Below are positions 1-9,136 of a DNA stretch of 64,000 nt, in pieces. The stretch spans positions 608,001 to 672,000 of the forward strand of contig JBMNFY010000017.1 of assembly GCA_050949565.1 (NCBI GenBank), read 5' to 3'. Origin of the DNA: Kiritimatiellia bacterium. Lineage in GTDB: Bacteria; Verrucomicrobiota; Kiritimatiellia; RFP12; UBA1067. Each line of letters starts with the position of its first letter. Positions within the stretch are counted from its first letter, which is position 1. The notes beneath the pieces were generated by a model. It was not told the DNA's origin, did not search any database, and was given only the letters and a program-made list of their open reading frames with translations. The translations under genes and the position numbers were made by a program.

Positions 1-442
1 GTCCCTCTACCCCCTGTTTTATTTCTTTCAAAACCCTTTCTTCTGCAGACCTGCACCCTTTAAATGTAAGAAAGAGCTTTATAGTCTTGTCTACAGTAAG
101 CCTGCATGAGTCAGCACTTTTCTTGACCAGTTGAAAACGCCAACTCTCTCCCCTAATTTGATAATAATATGCTGTTAATACTAAAAGCTCGTCGATTTTA
201 TATTGCTCTGTTTGAACCCAGTACCGCTCACTCTCATCCAAGATGTTTGGTCCTGTCAATTCCACAGCATGCCCCGTTATTTCGGTGATGTTGGTCCCAA
301 ACTGTGAAGAGAGATAATAGACCACATCGTTAAATGAATGATCCAAGTTGATCGAACTACCATGTTGATCACTGGTACAGGACACGACACACGTCAAAAA
401 CGGAAGTATAACAGAAACCGAAAACAGAATGCGCTTGATCAT
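1..442 (-). CDS. Hypothetical lipoprotein, runs off the window edge (partial)
   Basis: Hand translation from ATG at 442: MIKRILFSVSVILPFLTCVVSCTSDQH..., no stop before base 1. Lipobox-like VVSC, upstream AGGAG, AT-rich. Absent from the ORF track. Confidence 0.7.
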   Translation of the reverse strand, partial: MIKRILFSVSVILPFLTCVVSCTSDQHGSSINLDHSFNDVVYYLSSQFGTNITEITGHAVELTGPNILDESERYWVQTEQYKIDELLVLTAYYYQIRGESWRFQLVKKSADSCRLTVDKTIKLFLTFKGCRSAEERVLKEIKQGVEG

Positions 443-598
443 GGGCAACAACACTCCTAGGTTATCGGGGTCGTAGTTTGACACTGAGACATTTCATTTT
501 TCCAGCAACCTCAACACGTGCGCAGCCGACCGATACAATGACTTGTCAGCTTCCAGCCGAGCCGCCATCCCCAAGCGTAGTGGTGCTTCATCGGTGGT

Positions 599-1720
599 TT
601 ACACCCCCAATCGGTCATCATTTGCTTCTCCAGACGCTCCGCCCGATCCACCCGTAGGCCGGTCGTTCTGTTGTTCTTCTGATGTCTTCTTCTTCCAGGC
701 ATCAACCATATCGGCAAGAACCGGGTCGAGACTCTGGCGAATCTGTGGCCAGTTTTCTTCGTTCACCTGAATTTCGATTTGACCGTATTTGTTCTTCTTC
801 GACGCCTTGGGAAATTGTTGGCGTATCGGTTCGATCCGGTTGCCAAGAGCCTTCACCGCCCGTTCCTGAAATACCAGATTCACAACACCTTTCTTGCCAT
901 AGGCAAGGGACACGTTCAGGTAAACGCGCAGGGTTGGGCGTCCTTGCTCCGTGTGTTCGTTGAGGCTGAATGCGTATGTGGTCTTGCCCGGCCAGCGGTA
1001 TGCCGGGATCTTCTTCTCAACGTGATCTGCAATTTCTTCCAACAAAGACGCAACGTCTAGCTTCTCTGCATTTGCCCGAAGTACTTGGAGATTGTTTTCC
1101 TTGTTCTGCGAGGGTTGAGGTTGCGTACTTGCCGGAGCGGCTGACTCCACTAGCCGGGCGAAAAACAAGGTGCCGTCGCGTTTGAACGCATTGAAGGTCA
1201 ACAGGGCTATGTTGAGGCCTGTATTCGCAAGGAAGTTCACTATTCGCAAGGCTCGTCGATCGACTCCGAGGCCTACGAGCACCATGCGAGGCGGGGTTTC
1301 GAAGACCGAGTCGCGATTAGGGAAGTTCTGAGAGTACCAGTCTGCAAAATCCTCGATCGGGTCTATGCCGTATTTTCCCGAAGACTCTTCGACGAGCTTC
1401 GCAAATCGATCCTGTTCCATGGCAACGAGATCTGATGCGTAGTCAAGGATTTGAGCGACAGCGTCTCTTGTCAACGTTCCGCGTTTGAGTTCAAAGACGA
1501 CAAGACCGCCGTCTTCATCCACACCCAAAAGATCTAGAGGTCCACCTTCAGTCGGTATCTGCCGACCGATCAGCGAGAGCTCATCCATAAGCAGTTCGGG
1601 AGATTCAACGAGGAGATCCTCAAGTATCTGTTCCGTGTCCGTGTTGTCCACGTCGGGCACGTATTCAGCCTTCATTTTGCCATCAGTGTTCTTCACGGAC
1701 CACAGCTTGACCTTCTTCAT
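599..1720 (-). CDS. NucS/EndoMS-like PD-(D/E)XK endonuclease domain protein
   Basis: N-terminal E..LEDLL...IGRQ...DLLGVD...VVFELKRG...AVAQILDYA motif series; AAGGAG RBS. Confidence 0.75.
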   Translation of the reverse strand: MKKVKLWSVKNTDGKMKAEYVPDVDNTDTEQILEDLLVESPELLMDELSLIGRQIPTEGGPLDLLGVDEDGGLVVFELKRGTLTRDAVAQILDYASDLVAMEQDRFAKLVEESSGKYGIDPIEDFADWYSQNFPNRDSVFETPPRMVLVGLGVDRRALRIVNFLANTGLNIALLTFNAFKRDGTLFFARLVESAAPASTQPQPSQNKENNLQVLRANAEKLDVASLLEEIADHVEKKIPAYRWPGKTTYAFSLNEHTEQGRPTLRVYLNVSLAYGKKGVVNLVFQERAVKALGNRIEPIRQQFPKASKKNKYGQIEIQVNEENWPQIRQSLDPVLADMVDAWKKKTSEEQQNDRPTGGSGGASGEANDDRLGV

Positions 1721-1912
1721 ATCGGTCTCCTTTTAATCTCGGCTAACAAGTCATTGAGCGACAACGTTTTCAACAGTCGCATTCACGTCATCATTGTATC
1801 ATTTCTAATCCCGCTAGCAATCGGCCGTTTCCGCGTAATCGGTCTTTGTAATCGGTTAGTCCGCCGCCCGCGCTTCGCACGGGAATGTAAATGAGGATAA
1901 CTTTGATCGGTG

Positions 1913-2028
1913 TAAGTGATAGGCAAGGAGTTTTCACCTTCAGAGTTCAGAGTTTGACGTTCAGCGTTCTGAGTTAAAAAACGTTCAACGCTCAACGTTC
2001 AACTTTTAACGCTCAAGTTATAGGCAAG
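1913..2028. repeat. Heptamer-array element, (GTTCAGC)n-TTAAAA-(GCTCAAC)n, bounded by AAGT(G/T)ATAGGCAAG
   Basis: Similar copies at 4397-4463 and, inverted, 24187-24280; looser relatives near 36240 and 53975. Confidence 0.8.
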
Positions 2029-3391
2029 TGACAGGGGGCATTGCGAATCGAGTGCGTGTTTTGTGTGTGCGCAGTCGGGAGCAAGAAGTTTGTTGGCCCT
2101 CCTTCTCTGTCGTGCCCGGCGTCTTCGATGATACCGGCAGGGTCATGACCTGAACATGTTTTCCAGAAAACAGGTACAGTCGGTTTCCTTCCCGCCAAGG
2201 ACTTATTGGCCCATCGGATCCGGGGCCCCATTGGGCATACCCCCTGGAATCGCGCTGAACGTCACGAAAGGTTGTCGTGTACCCGTACGTGATCCTCGGC
2301 ACATCTGAGCCCGCCGGGCTCTCGCCCCAAACCAGAAGGTACTTGTCTGCGCCGGCTGTCCCCTTTCCCAAATACCCCAGAAAATAGGGACGATAATTGC
2401 CCTTCAATCCGCCGCCCCCATCGTTCTGGTGGATGATAGGATTCTCCCGAAAACAGTCCCATTTCCTACCGTCATTCGATGTGGCAAACCCCAGTTGCAC
2501 GATCTGATCAACCGAGGTGCCGCGCAGGAATGCAAGCCACTGGCCGTTCGCCAACCGCTGAATCGCATGGTAGGAGGACTGGCTGTTCATCCACTTCTTC
2601 TCCGTGGTGGGCAGCACAGGCACGATATCCCAGACGCTCACTTTGCCCATCTTCGGATCTTTCAGCACTGTCCACTTATGCGAGGCCAAGTCAGAACAGG
2701 TGGCCAGAGCGGTCATCTGGTGCCCGAATCCCGCACCGCCTCCTGCTGTCCACGCGCCGTGGTAGTGATTGTAGTAGTGGAAGTACATAAACCATAACTT
2801 CTCGTCCTCGTTCCAAATGACGCACGGACTGGAGTAGTGGGAGGGATCCGCGACCGGCGGGTTCACGATCGGATAGTGAGGATTCGCCAGAACCATGCTG
2901 TGCGAACGGTTTGTTTCAAGGCTCGCCAGTTTTCTGTATGGTCCCTGGATGCTGTCGGCGACTGCGCAGCCGATGCCCGAACAGGGACCGTGATGCGCAT
3001 AGTATAAGTAATACTTGTTGTCGGCGTTCCTGCCTCTATCGTTCTTCACGACAGAGGGGTAGCCCACGGAATCATTGCCTGTCGTTTCAAAGGTGCTGTG
3101 TTCCCATGCCTCAGTTTGCCACAGAATCTGAGAACTGGCATCAACGGTCAGCGGCACGGAAGAAGTCAGGTCGGACAAGTCCACGCAACGCAGGTTACAG
3201 TCCAGCAAACCACGGGCTTCACCACCTTTCAGGTTGATGACGCACGGAACCATCAAGCACGCGAGCAACACAATGCGGATAAGCGCTTTCGTAGTCGATA
3301 AGGCATGCGGGCGGAGTCGTGGGGTGCTCAGGAAAATGACGCATGCAATTACGGCCATCACGAAAAAAGGAAATGCGTAGATGATCTGCAC
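2018..3391 (-). CDS. Putative exported five-bladed beta-propeller glycoside hydrolase (GH43/GH32-like fold)
   Basis: YPSVV...KYYLYYAHH, IGCAVADSIQGPY, SSPCVIWN...WFMYFH, LGFATSNDGRKW...NPII blade motifs; hydrophobic N-terminus; start uncertain. Confidence 0.65.
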   Translation of the reverse strand: MQIIYAFPFFVMAVIACVIFLSTPRLRPHALSTTKALIRIVLLACLMVPCVINLKGGEARGLLDCNLRCVDLSDLTSSVPLTVDASSQILWQTEAWEHSTFETTGNDSVGYPSVVKNDRGRNADNKYYLYYAHHGPCSGIGCAVADSIQGPYRKLASLETNRSHSMVLANPHYPIVNPPVADPSHYSSPCVIWNEDEKLWFMYFHYYNHYHGAWTAGGGAGFGHQMTALATCSDLASHKWTVLKDPKMGKVSVWDIVPVLPTTEKKWMNSQSSYHAIQRLANGQWLAFLRGTSVDQIVQLGFATSNDGRKWDCFRENPIIHQNDGGGGLKGNYRPYFLGYLGKGTAGADKYLLVWGESPAGSDVPRITYGYTTTFRDVQRDSRGYAQWGPGSDGPISPWREGNRLYLFSGKHVQVMTLPVSSKTPGTTEKEGQQTSCSRLRTHKTRTRFAMPPVTCL

Positions 3392-3401
3392 TGTCTAATG
3401 C

Positions 3402-4217
3402 TCACGGAGACAGGTTAAGGCTGCCCATTCGGTAACCCTGTAAATCCAGCGCCACGTACTGAAATCCTGCGGCTTTGATCGCGTCAACAATCTGGTGCCG
3501 TTCTTCAGCCGCCACCAGACGCGGCAGGTCGGCATCAGGCACCTCGATACGCGCGACGTCGCCGTGGTGGCGTACCCGGCACTGCGCGAAGCCTCGCGCC
3601 TTCAGCGCCTCTTCCGCCCGCTCTACCTGTCCCAACGCCTCGACCGTCACCGGCGAGCCGTAGGGGATGCGCGACGCCAAACACGCCATGGCGGGCTTGT
3701 CGGCAGTCGGCAGTCCCAAACGCGCGGAGAGCGCGCGGATCTCGGCCTTGGTCAGTCCGGCTTCAAGCAACGGGCTCTTCACGCCCAGCTCTTCCGCCGC
3801 ACGCCGACCGGGCCGGTAGTCGCCCGCGTCATCTGCATTGTTCCCGTCGAGCACAACATCGAAACCGCGTTCAGCCGCGATCGCACCAATCTGCGTGAAC
3901 AGATGCCGCTTGCAATGATAGCAACGGTCGCGCGAGTTTTCTGCATAGCGCGGATCGTCCAGTTCGGTTGAATGAACCACCGCGCACGTCACACCCATCA
4001 CGTCGGCCAGTGCATGCGCTTCGGCAAGTTCCACGCGCGGCAGGCTGGGGGTATCGGCGATCACCGCCAACACCTGCGCAGCCCCCAACACATCCCGCGC
4101 GACACGCAGCAACAGGGTGCTGTCGACCCCGCCGGAAAAACCGACCGCCACCCGCCCGTAGTGTTGCAGCGCCTCGTGCAGCCGCCGCTCTTTGTCTGCC
4201 AATGCCGCTTTTTTCAT
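3402..4217 (-). CDS. larE: ATP-dependent sacrificial sulfur transferase LarE family
   Basis: PP-loop SGGVDST, RCYHCK, DYRPG, ACLASRIPYG, C-terminal GYRMGSLN. Confidence 0.9.
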   Translation of the reverse strand: MKKAALADKERRLHEALQHYGRVAVGFSGGVDSTLLLRVARDVLGAAQVLAVIADTPSLPRVELAEAHALADVMGVTCAVVHSTELDDPRYAENSRDRCYHCKRHLFTQIGAIAAERGFDVVLDGNNADDAGDYRPGRRAAEELGVKSPLLEAGLTKAEIRALSARLGLPTADKPAMACLASRIPYGSPVTVEALGQVERAEEALKARGFAQCRVRHHGDVARIEVPDADLPRLVAAEERHQIVDAIKAAGFQYVALDLQGYRMGSLNLSP

Positions 4218-4227
4218 CTCCGATATT

Positions 4228-4561
4228 GAAACCATGAAACACATGAAACTTCATGAAAATCAGGGGCTCCCTTGGAGGTCTTGGCGTCTAAACACCTGTC
4301 CCTTTGTCATCCCAAGAGCCGGATGCCCAAGCTACAGGAGCACGGACATTCCTGTCCGTGCCACGGGTTGGAAAGCCCGTGCCCCTGTTTTAATTCCAAG
4401 TTATAGGCAAGGAGTTTTCACCTTCAGCGTTCAGCGTTCGACGTTCAGCGTTCTGAGTTAAAACCCTACCCTGCCCCTCCAAAAAAACCTCTGTGCTCTC
4501 TGTGTTCTCTGTGGTTAAAAACCGAGCCATGCCCCCAAAAATCTGTGTAATCTGTGGATTC
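4228..4561. repeat. Intergenic mosaic of 9-mer arrays, REP-like hairpin pair and heptamer element
   Basis: CATGAAA x3 (shared with 63214-63272), REP-like pair 4338-4385, CTCTGTG x3 + GTTAAAA, ATCTGTG x2. Confidence 0.85.
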
Positions 4562-4578
4562 AAAAATCCGAGACCTGC

Positions 4579-5424
4579 TCACAAAATCTGGTTGTCAATC
4601 AGCCGCGTCCGGCCGCACTGCGCGGCGACCAGCGCCACGTTCCCGCGCCGCGCTTCGGCGACCGGCTCCAAGCTTTCAGCGTCCACGATCTCGGCGTAGT
4701 CAAGTTGCAGCGCATGCGCCTCGATCACCTCCACCATGCGCGCACGCACGTCCGCCGCCGGAGCGCCGCCCTGCTCGACACACGCGGCGGCGGCCTGCAG
4801 GGCGCGGCTCAAGCCCAGCGCGCGCTGCCGTTCGTCGGCAGAGAGATAGACATTGCGCGAACTCATGGCCAGCCCGTCGGGCTCGCGCACGATCGGCGCC
4901 ACCACGATCTCGATGGGGAAGTTGAGATCGCGCACCATACGCCGGATGATCGCGGCCTGCTGATAGTCTTTCTGGCCGAACACCGCCACATGCGGCTGCG
5001 CCAGATTGAAGAGCTTGGCCACCACCGTGCAAACACCCCGGAAGTGTCCGGGACGCCGCGCCCCGCACAGCCCGGCGGAGAGCCGCTCCTCCGTAACGAA
5101 CACGCTGGCATCCGGCGCGTACATGGTTGCCACGGACGGGAAAAAGACCGCCGACGCCCCTGCCCGCTCGCATTGCTCGAGATCGCGCGCCTCGTCGCGC
5201 GGGTATTTTTCAAAGTCCTCGTTGGGGCCGAACTGAACCGGATTGACGAAGATACTGACCACGACAACATCGGCACGCTTGCGCGCCTCGGCGACCAGCG
5301 AGAGGTGTCCCGCATGCAGATACCCCATCGTCGGCACCAACCCGATACGCGCACCGTCAAGACGCCGGGCCAACGCCCACGCCTGCATCTCATCCGCCTG
5401 CTTGATCTGCACCATACTGCTCAT
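4579..5424 (-). CDS. panC: Pantoate--beta-alanine ligase
   Basis: VPTMGYLHAGH, FVNPVQF, RPGHFRGV, FGQKDYQQ, GLAMSSRN, RLIDN. Confidence 0.97.
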   Translation of the reverse strand: MSSMVQIKQADEMQAWALARRLDGARIGLVPTMGYLHAGHLSLVAEARKRADVVVVSIFVNPVQFGPNEDFEKYPRDEARDLEQCERAGASAVFFPSVATMYAPDASVFVTEERLSAGLCGARRPGHFRGVCTVVAKLFNLAQPHVAVFGQKDYQQAAIIRRMVRDLNFPIEIVVAPIVREPDGLAMSSRNVYLSADERQRALGLSRALQAAAACVEQGGAPAADVRARMVEVIEAHALQLDYAEIVDAESLEPVAEARRGNVALVAAQCGRTRLIDNQIL

Positions 5425-5441
5425 GGCGACTTCTTTCTCTT

Positions 5442-6722
5442 TCAGGACTCCCAGGCGGCGATGACCGCCTGCGCCAGTCCATCGATCTCCGCTTCGCCGT
5501 GCGCGGCGGAGATGAAGCCCATCTCAAATTGCGACGGCGGCAGGTAGAAGCCGCTCTTCAGCACCGAGTGGAAGAGACGCGCGTAGGCTGCCGTGTCACT
5601 CTGCTTCGCCGTGGCCAGATCGCGCACCGGCGTCGGCGTGCAGAAAAAGGTGAAGACGCCCTTATACTGCGCACAGTGGAACGGCAGACCGCGCTCGACC
5701 GCCGCCGTGTTGACCGTATCCGCCAAACGCTGTCCCAACTCGGCCATGCGCGGATAGGGATTGTCACGTTCCAGCACGTCCAGAGTCTTCAGACCGGCCG
5801 CGACAGCCAGCGGATTGCCCGACAACGTGCCGGCCTGATAGACCTTGCCGGTCGGCGACAGCTCGTCCATGAATACCGCAGCCCCGCCGAGCGCCGCCAA
5901 CGGCAGACCGCCGCCGATCACTTTGCCCAGTGTCATCAAGTCCGCTTTCACGCCGATCGTCGCTGCGTACGACGACAAGGCAAAGCGGAAGCCAGTGATG
6001 ACCTCGTCGAAAATCAGCAGCGCGCCGGATTGATCCGCAGTGTGACGCAGTCTGACAAGAAAATCGGGATCGGGCATGACAAGGCCCATGTTGCCGGCAA
6101 TCGGCTCCACGATAATCGCCGCCACTTCGGAGCCCATCGTTTGGATCAGCGTTTTCACCGCATCGATGTCGTTGTACGGCACGACAAAAGTGTCATGGAC
6201 CACGTATCGCGGAACGCCCGCCGAGCTGACGGTACCGCCGGTCAACAAGCCGCTGCCCGCCGAAACCAGCATGCTGTCGCTGTGGCCATGATAGCAGCCG
6301 TCGAACTTGATGATGCGCTTGCGTCCGGTCACCCCGCGTACGATGCGCAACGCGGTCATCACCGCTTCGGTGCCCGAGTTGACCAACCGTACCCGCTCCA
6401 GGCTGGGCAGCCATTCGCACAAGCGTTCAGCGAAGGTCACCTCATCCGGCGTGTTGATGCCGAAGGTCGTGCCGAGGGCCGCACGCGACTGAATCGCCGC
6501 GACCACTTCGTCATGCGCATGGCCGAGGATCATCGCCCCCCACGAACAGCAGAAATCCACCAGCTTGCGGCCGTCCGCCGTATGGATGTACGGGCCTTTG
6601 CCGGACTCGACATACAGCGGCGTACCGCCAACACCGTTGAAGGCACGTACCGGACTGTTGACTCCGCCCGGAATCACCTGACACGCGCGCGAAAATAAAG
6701 CTTCATGATTGAGCATGGACAC
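5442..6722 (-). CDS. hemL: Glutamate-1-semialdehyde 2,1-aminomutase
   Basis: PGGVNSPVRAF, NSGTEA, GCYHGH, FDEVITGFR, LGKVIGGGLP, YQAGTLSGNP. Confidence 0.96.
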   Translation of the reverse strand: MSMLNHEALFSRACQVIPGGVNSPVRAFNGVGGTPLYVESGKGPYIHTADGRKLVDFCCSWGAMILGHAHDEVVAAIQSRAALGTTFGINTPDEVTFAERLCEWLPSLERVRLVNSGTEAVMTALRIVRGVTGRKRIIKFDGCYHGHSDSMLVSAGSGLLTGGTVSSAGVPRYVVHDTFVVPYNDIDAVKTLIQTMGSEVAAIIVEPIAGNMGLVMPDPDFLVRLRHTADQSGALLIFDEVITGFRFALSSYAATIGVKADLMTLGKVIGGGLPLAALGGAAVFMDELSPTGKVYQAGTLSGNPLAVAAGLKTLDVLERDNPYPRMAELGQRLADTVNTAAVERGLPFHCAQYKGVFTFFCTPTPVRDLATAKQSDTAAYARLFHSVLKSGFYLPPSQFEMGFISAAHGEAEIDGLAQAVIAAWES

Positions 6723-6776
6723 ACCGCCTTATTTATACATTGCCCCCACTGCACCAGCATGAAAAGGGCATCCACA

Positions 6777-7502
6777 TCACTTCTTCGACTTCGATTCCTT
6801 ATTCTGCCCACGTCCGATCGCCAAAATCCTGGCGACCTTCGCCTCGGTCAATTCATAGCCCTTGAGACCGGGGAACCCCTCCCAGATGATCGTCCGGTAT
6901 TGCGGCTCCAAAATAATGACGTGCGGCCACCCCCACACCCCGAACAGGGCTTCATACGCTCCTTGGTCCGGGTGTGCTTTGGCGGCAAAGTCTGTCAGAT
7001 CCGGTCCTTCTTCCGATTCTGCCCGCTTCTGAGAAGTCTGGGCGTCGGCCTTGTCTTGCTTTTTTTTCTGATCAGCGGGCAGTGGCCGATCCAAAGCCAG
7101 CGCATACTCCTTTTTGGGACCCTTGTACGCCTTGACCTGCTCCTCGGTCTCGCCGGTGATCCCGATCACCACCAACTCGTCGCCGAATTTACGATGCAAC
7201 GTATTCATGAGCGGCGTCATCCGTTTGCACGCACCGCACCAAGTACGCCAGAACTCAATGATCACAAACTTGCCTTCCGTCTCGGGCTTGTCCGTGAGCC
7301 ACTTCGCCACCTCCAGCGGCGGCGCGTCCGTGAACGCGCAGCTAAGCGCCCATATCTGCTTACCGCCATCGGCCACGGTCTGCACACGGCCGGTCGTGCA
7401 GACTCCCGACGCATCACACTCGGCCACAGTCTGGGCACCTGCCACCCCGCACAGACAGACACACAGACACACGGCAACACGCTTTACAAGGTTTGCGCTC
7501 AT
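6777..7502 (-). CDS. Exported TlpA-like thioredoxin-fold disulfide reductase
   Basis: Signal peptide; IEFWRTWCGACK; GVWGWPH cis-Pro loop. Confidence 0.85.
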   Translation of the reverse strand: MSANLVKRVAVCLCVCLCGVAGAQTVAECDASGVCTTGRVQTVADGGKQIWALSCAFTDAPPLEVAKWLTDKPETEGKFVIIEFWRTWCGACKRMTPLMNTLHRKFGDELVVIGITGETEEQVKAYKGPKKEYALALDRPLPADQKKKQDKADAQTSQKRAESEEGPDLTDFAAKAHPDQGAYEALFGVWGWPHVIILEPQYRTIIWEGFPGLKGYELTEAKVARILAIGRGQNKESKSKK

Positions 7503-7575
7503 CGTCTCTCTCCTTTTTGGGGCGCATTATACCCCAACCGCCACCCAGCGACAAGCCGCCCGGTTGGGGCCACGT

Positions 7576-8961
7576 CTACTCCTTCGGCTTGACGTTCCAG
7601 ACTGTCAACGCGCACAACACCGAGAGCAGCGACGCACCGATCCAGAACAGGGCGATGTGGTCCACCGCATACTCGCATCCATTGAAACGGAAGACCGTGT
7701 GCGCAAACTCGTAGACCTCTTTGCCGCCCTCAACCGCTCCCTGTGATTTAATCAGATAGCCGCTCACGATATCCTGAATACCCGCACCGAGATACGAGGC
7801 GATACCGACGACGCCCAGCGCCGCGCCCGCCGCGTTTTTCGGCGCCACGTCCACGGCCATCAGCCCGCCCAGAAAACAGAAGAGCACGCCGATCGAGGTG
7901 CCGAACAGCACCATCGCCACCACATCCACCCACTTGTGCGCGCCGGGCACCAACAGGAACAGGCAGAGCGCGACGGTATTCATCAGACCGAAAATCAGCG
8001 CGGGCGCATTGCGTCGACCGCTGAACAACTTGTCCGAGATCACACCGGAAAACAGCGTACCAAAGAGACCGAATATCGCGTTCACGGAGATGATCGAACT
8101 GGCCTCGATGTTGCTGTACCCCTTCTTCATTTCAAGAAAGTAAATGCCCCAACTGTTGATGGCGTAGCGCGCCACGTAGATGAATGCGCTCGACAGCGCG
8201 ATCATCCACACGGCCCAGTTCATCAGCACCGCCTTTTGCCCCGCCCCTACCGACGTTGGGCTCTTCGCCTTTTCCGTCGGAACGGTTTCGCCCGACCACT
8301 CGGAGATCGGTGGTAGCCCCCGGCTCTGCGGACTATCGTGATAGAGTGTCCACGCCAGCACCACGCCGACCAAACCGAACAGCGAGGCACCCACAAAACC
8401 CCACTGCCAACCAAATGAGGTGACGATCAGCGATGTCAGGATAAACGTCAACGCCTCGCCCAAGTTGTGGCTCGTACACCAGATACCGTAGTAGGTCCCA
8501 CGCTCCCGGTTGCTGAACCAGCGGGCCAGTCCTACCACGCTGGCCGGCGCACCCATGGACTGCGCGTATCCGTTGATGCCCCACAGCACCGCGAAAAGCA
8601 CCGCCGGCATGCGGAAGCCCAAGGCAAAGTTGGCCAAGGCGGAAACAAACAGACCGACCGACATGAACTTGCGAATGTCGCAGCGATCCGCCAGAAAACC
8701 GTTCACACATTTGCCGACCGCATAGGCGAAAAACAACGCCGACCCGATGAATCCCAACTGCTCGGTGGTGAGATATCCCGAATCCACGAGGGGCTTCTTC
8801 ATCACGTTGAGGCTCAGACGGCATACATAGTAGAGCCCGTACACCGTTACCATGACGAATATCGCCTGCCGGCGGCTCTGGCGGTAGTCGCGCGCCTGCT
8901 CTTCCGGCGTACCGGTGACCGGTCGATGTGGCGCGGGCTTAAAAAAGGATAAGATTTTCAT
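7576..8961 (-). CDS. MFS organophosphate:Pi antiporter family (GlpT/UhpT/PgtP-like)
   Basis: YYVCR, G.LADR, WFSNRERG, SHNLG, DSPQSRGLP, Y.ARY.INSW motifs; about 12 hydrophobic segments. Confidence 0.9.
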   Translation of the reverse strand: MKILSFFKPAPHRPVTGTPEEQARDYRQSRRQAIFVMVTVYGLYYVCRLSLNVMKKPLVDSGYLTTEQLGFIGSALFFAYAVGKCVNGFLADRCDIRKFMSVGLFVSALANFALGFRMPAVLFAVLWGINGYAQSMGAPASVVGLARWFSNRERGTYYGIWCTSHNLGEALTFILTSLIVTSFGWQWGFVGASLFGLVGVVLAWTLYHDSPQSRGLPPISEWSGETVPTEKAKSPTSVGAGQKAVLMNWAVWMIALSSAFIYVARYAINSWGIYFLEMKKGYSNIEASSIISVNAIFGLFGTLFSGVISDKLFSGRRNAPALIFGLMNTVALCLFLLVPGAHKWVDVVAMVLFGTSIGVLFCFLGGLMAVDVAPKNAAGAALGVVGIASYLGAGIQDIVSGYLIKSQGAVEGGKEVYEFAHTVFRFNGCEYAVDHIALFWIGASLLSVLCALTVWNVKPKE

Positions 8962-9136
8962 AGCTGTGTTTTCCCGTGGCTTCCCCTGCATACGTGCCAC
9001 ATCTCCACCAATTCAAAATCCAACTTTAGATTAGCGGAAAAACTGGACACCATCAACACCGTCCTTATGCTCTTTTGCTGAGCTGTTGTACCCTGAAGGG
9101 ACTCCTCAACCCCACATGCAAAAACCTGCCTGCTCA

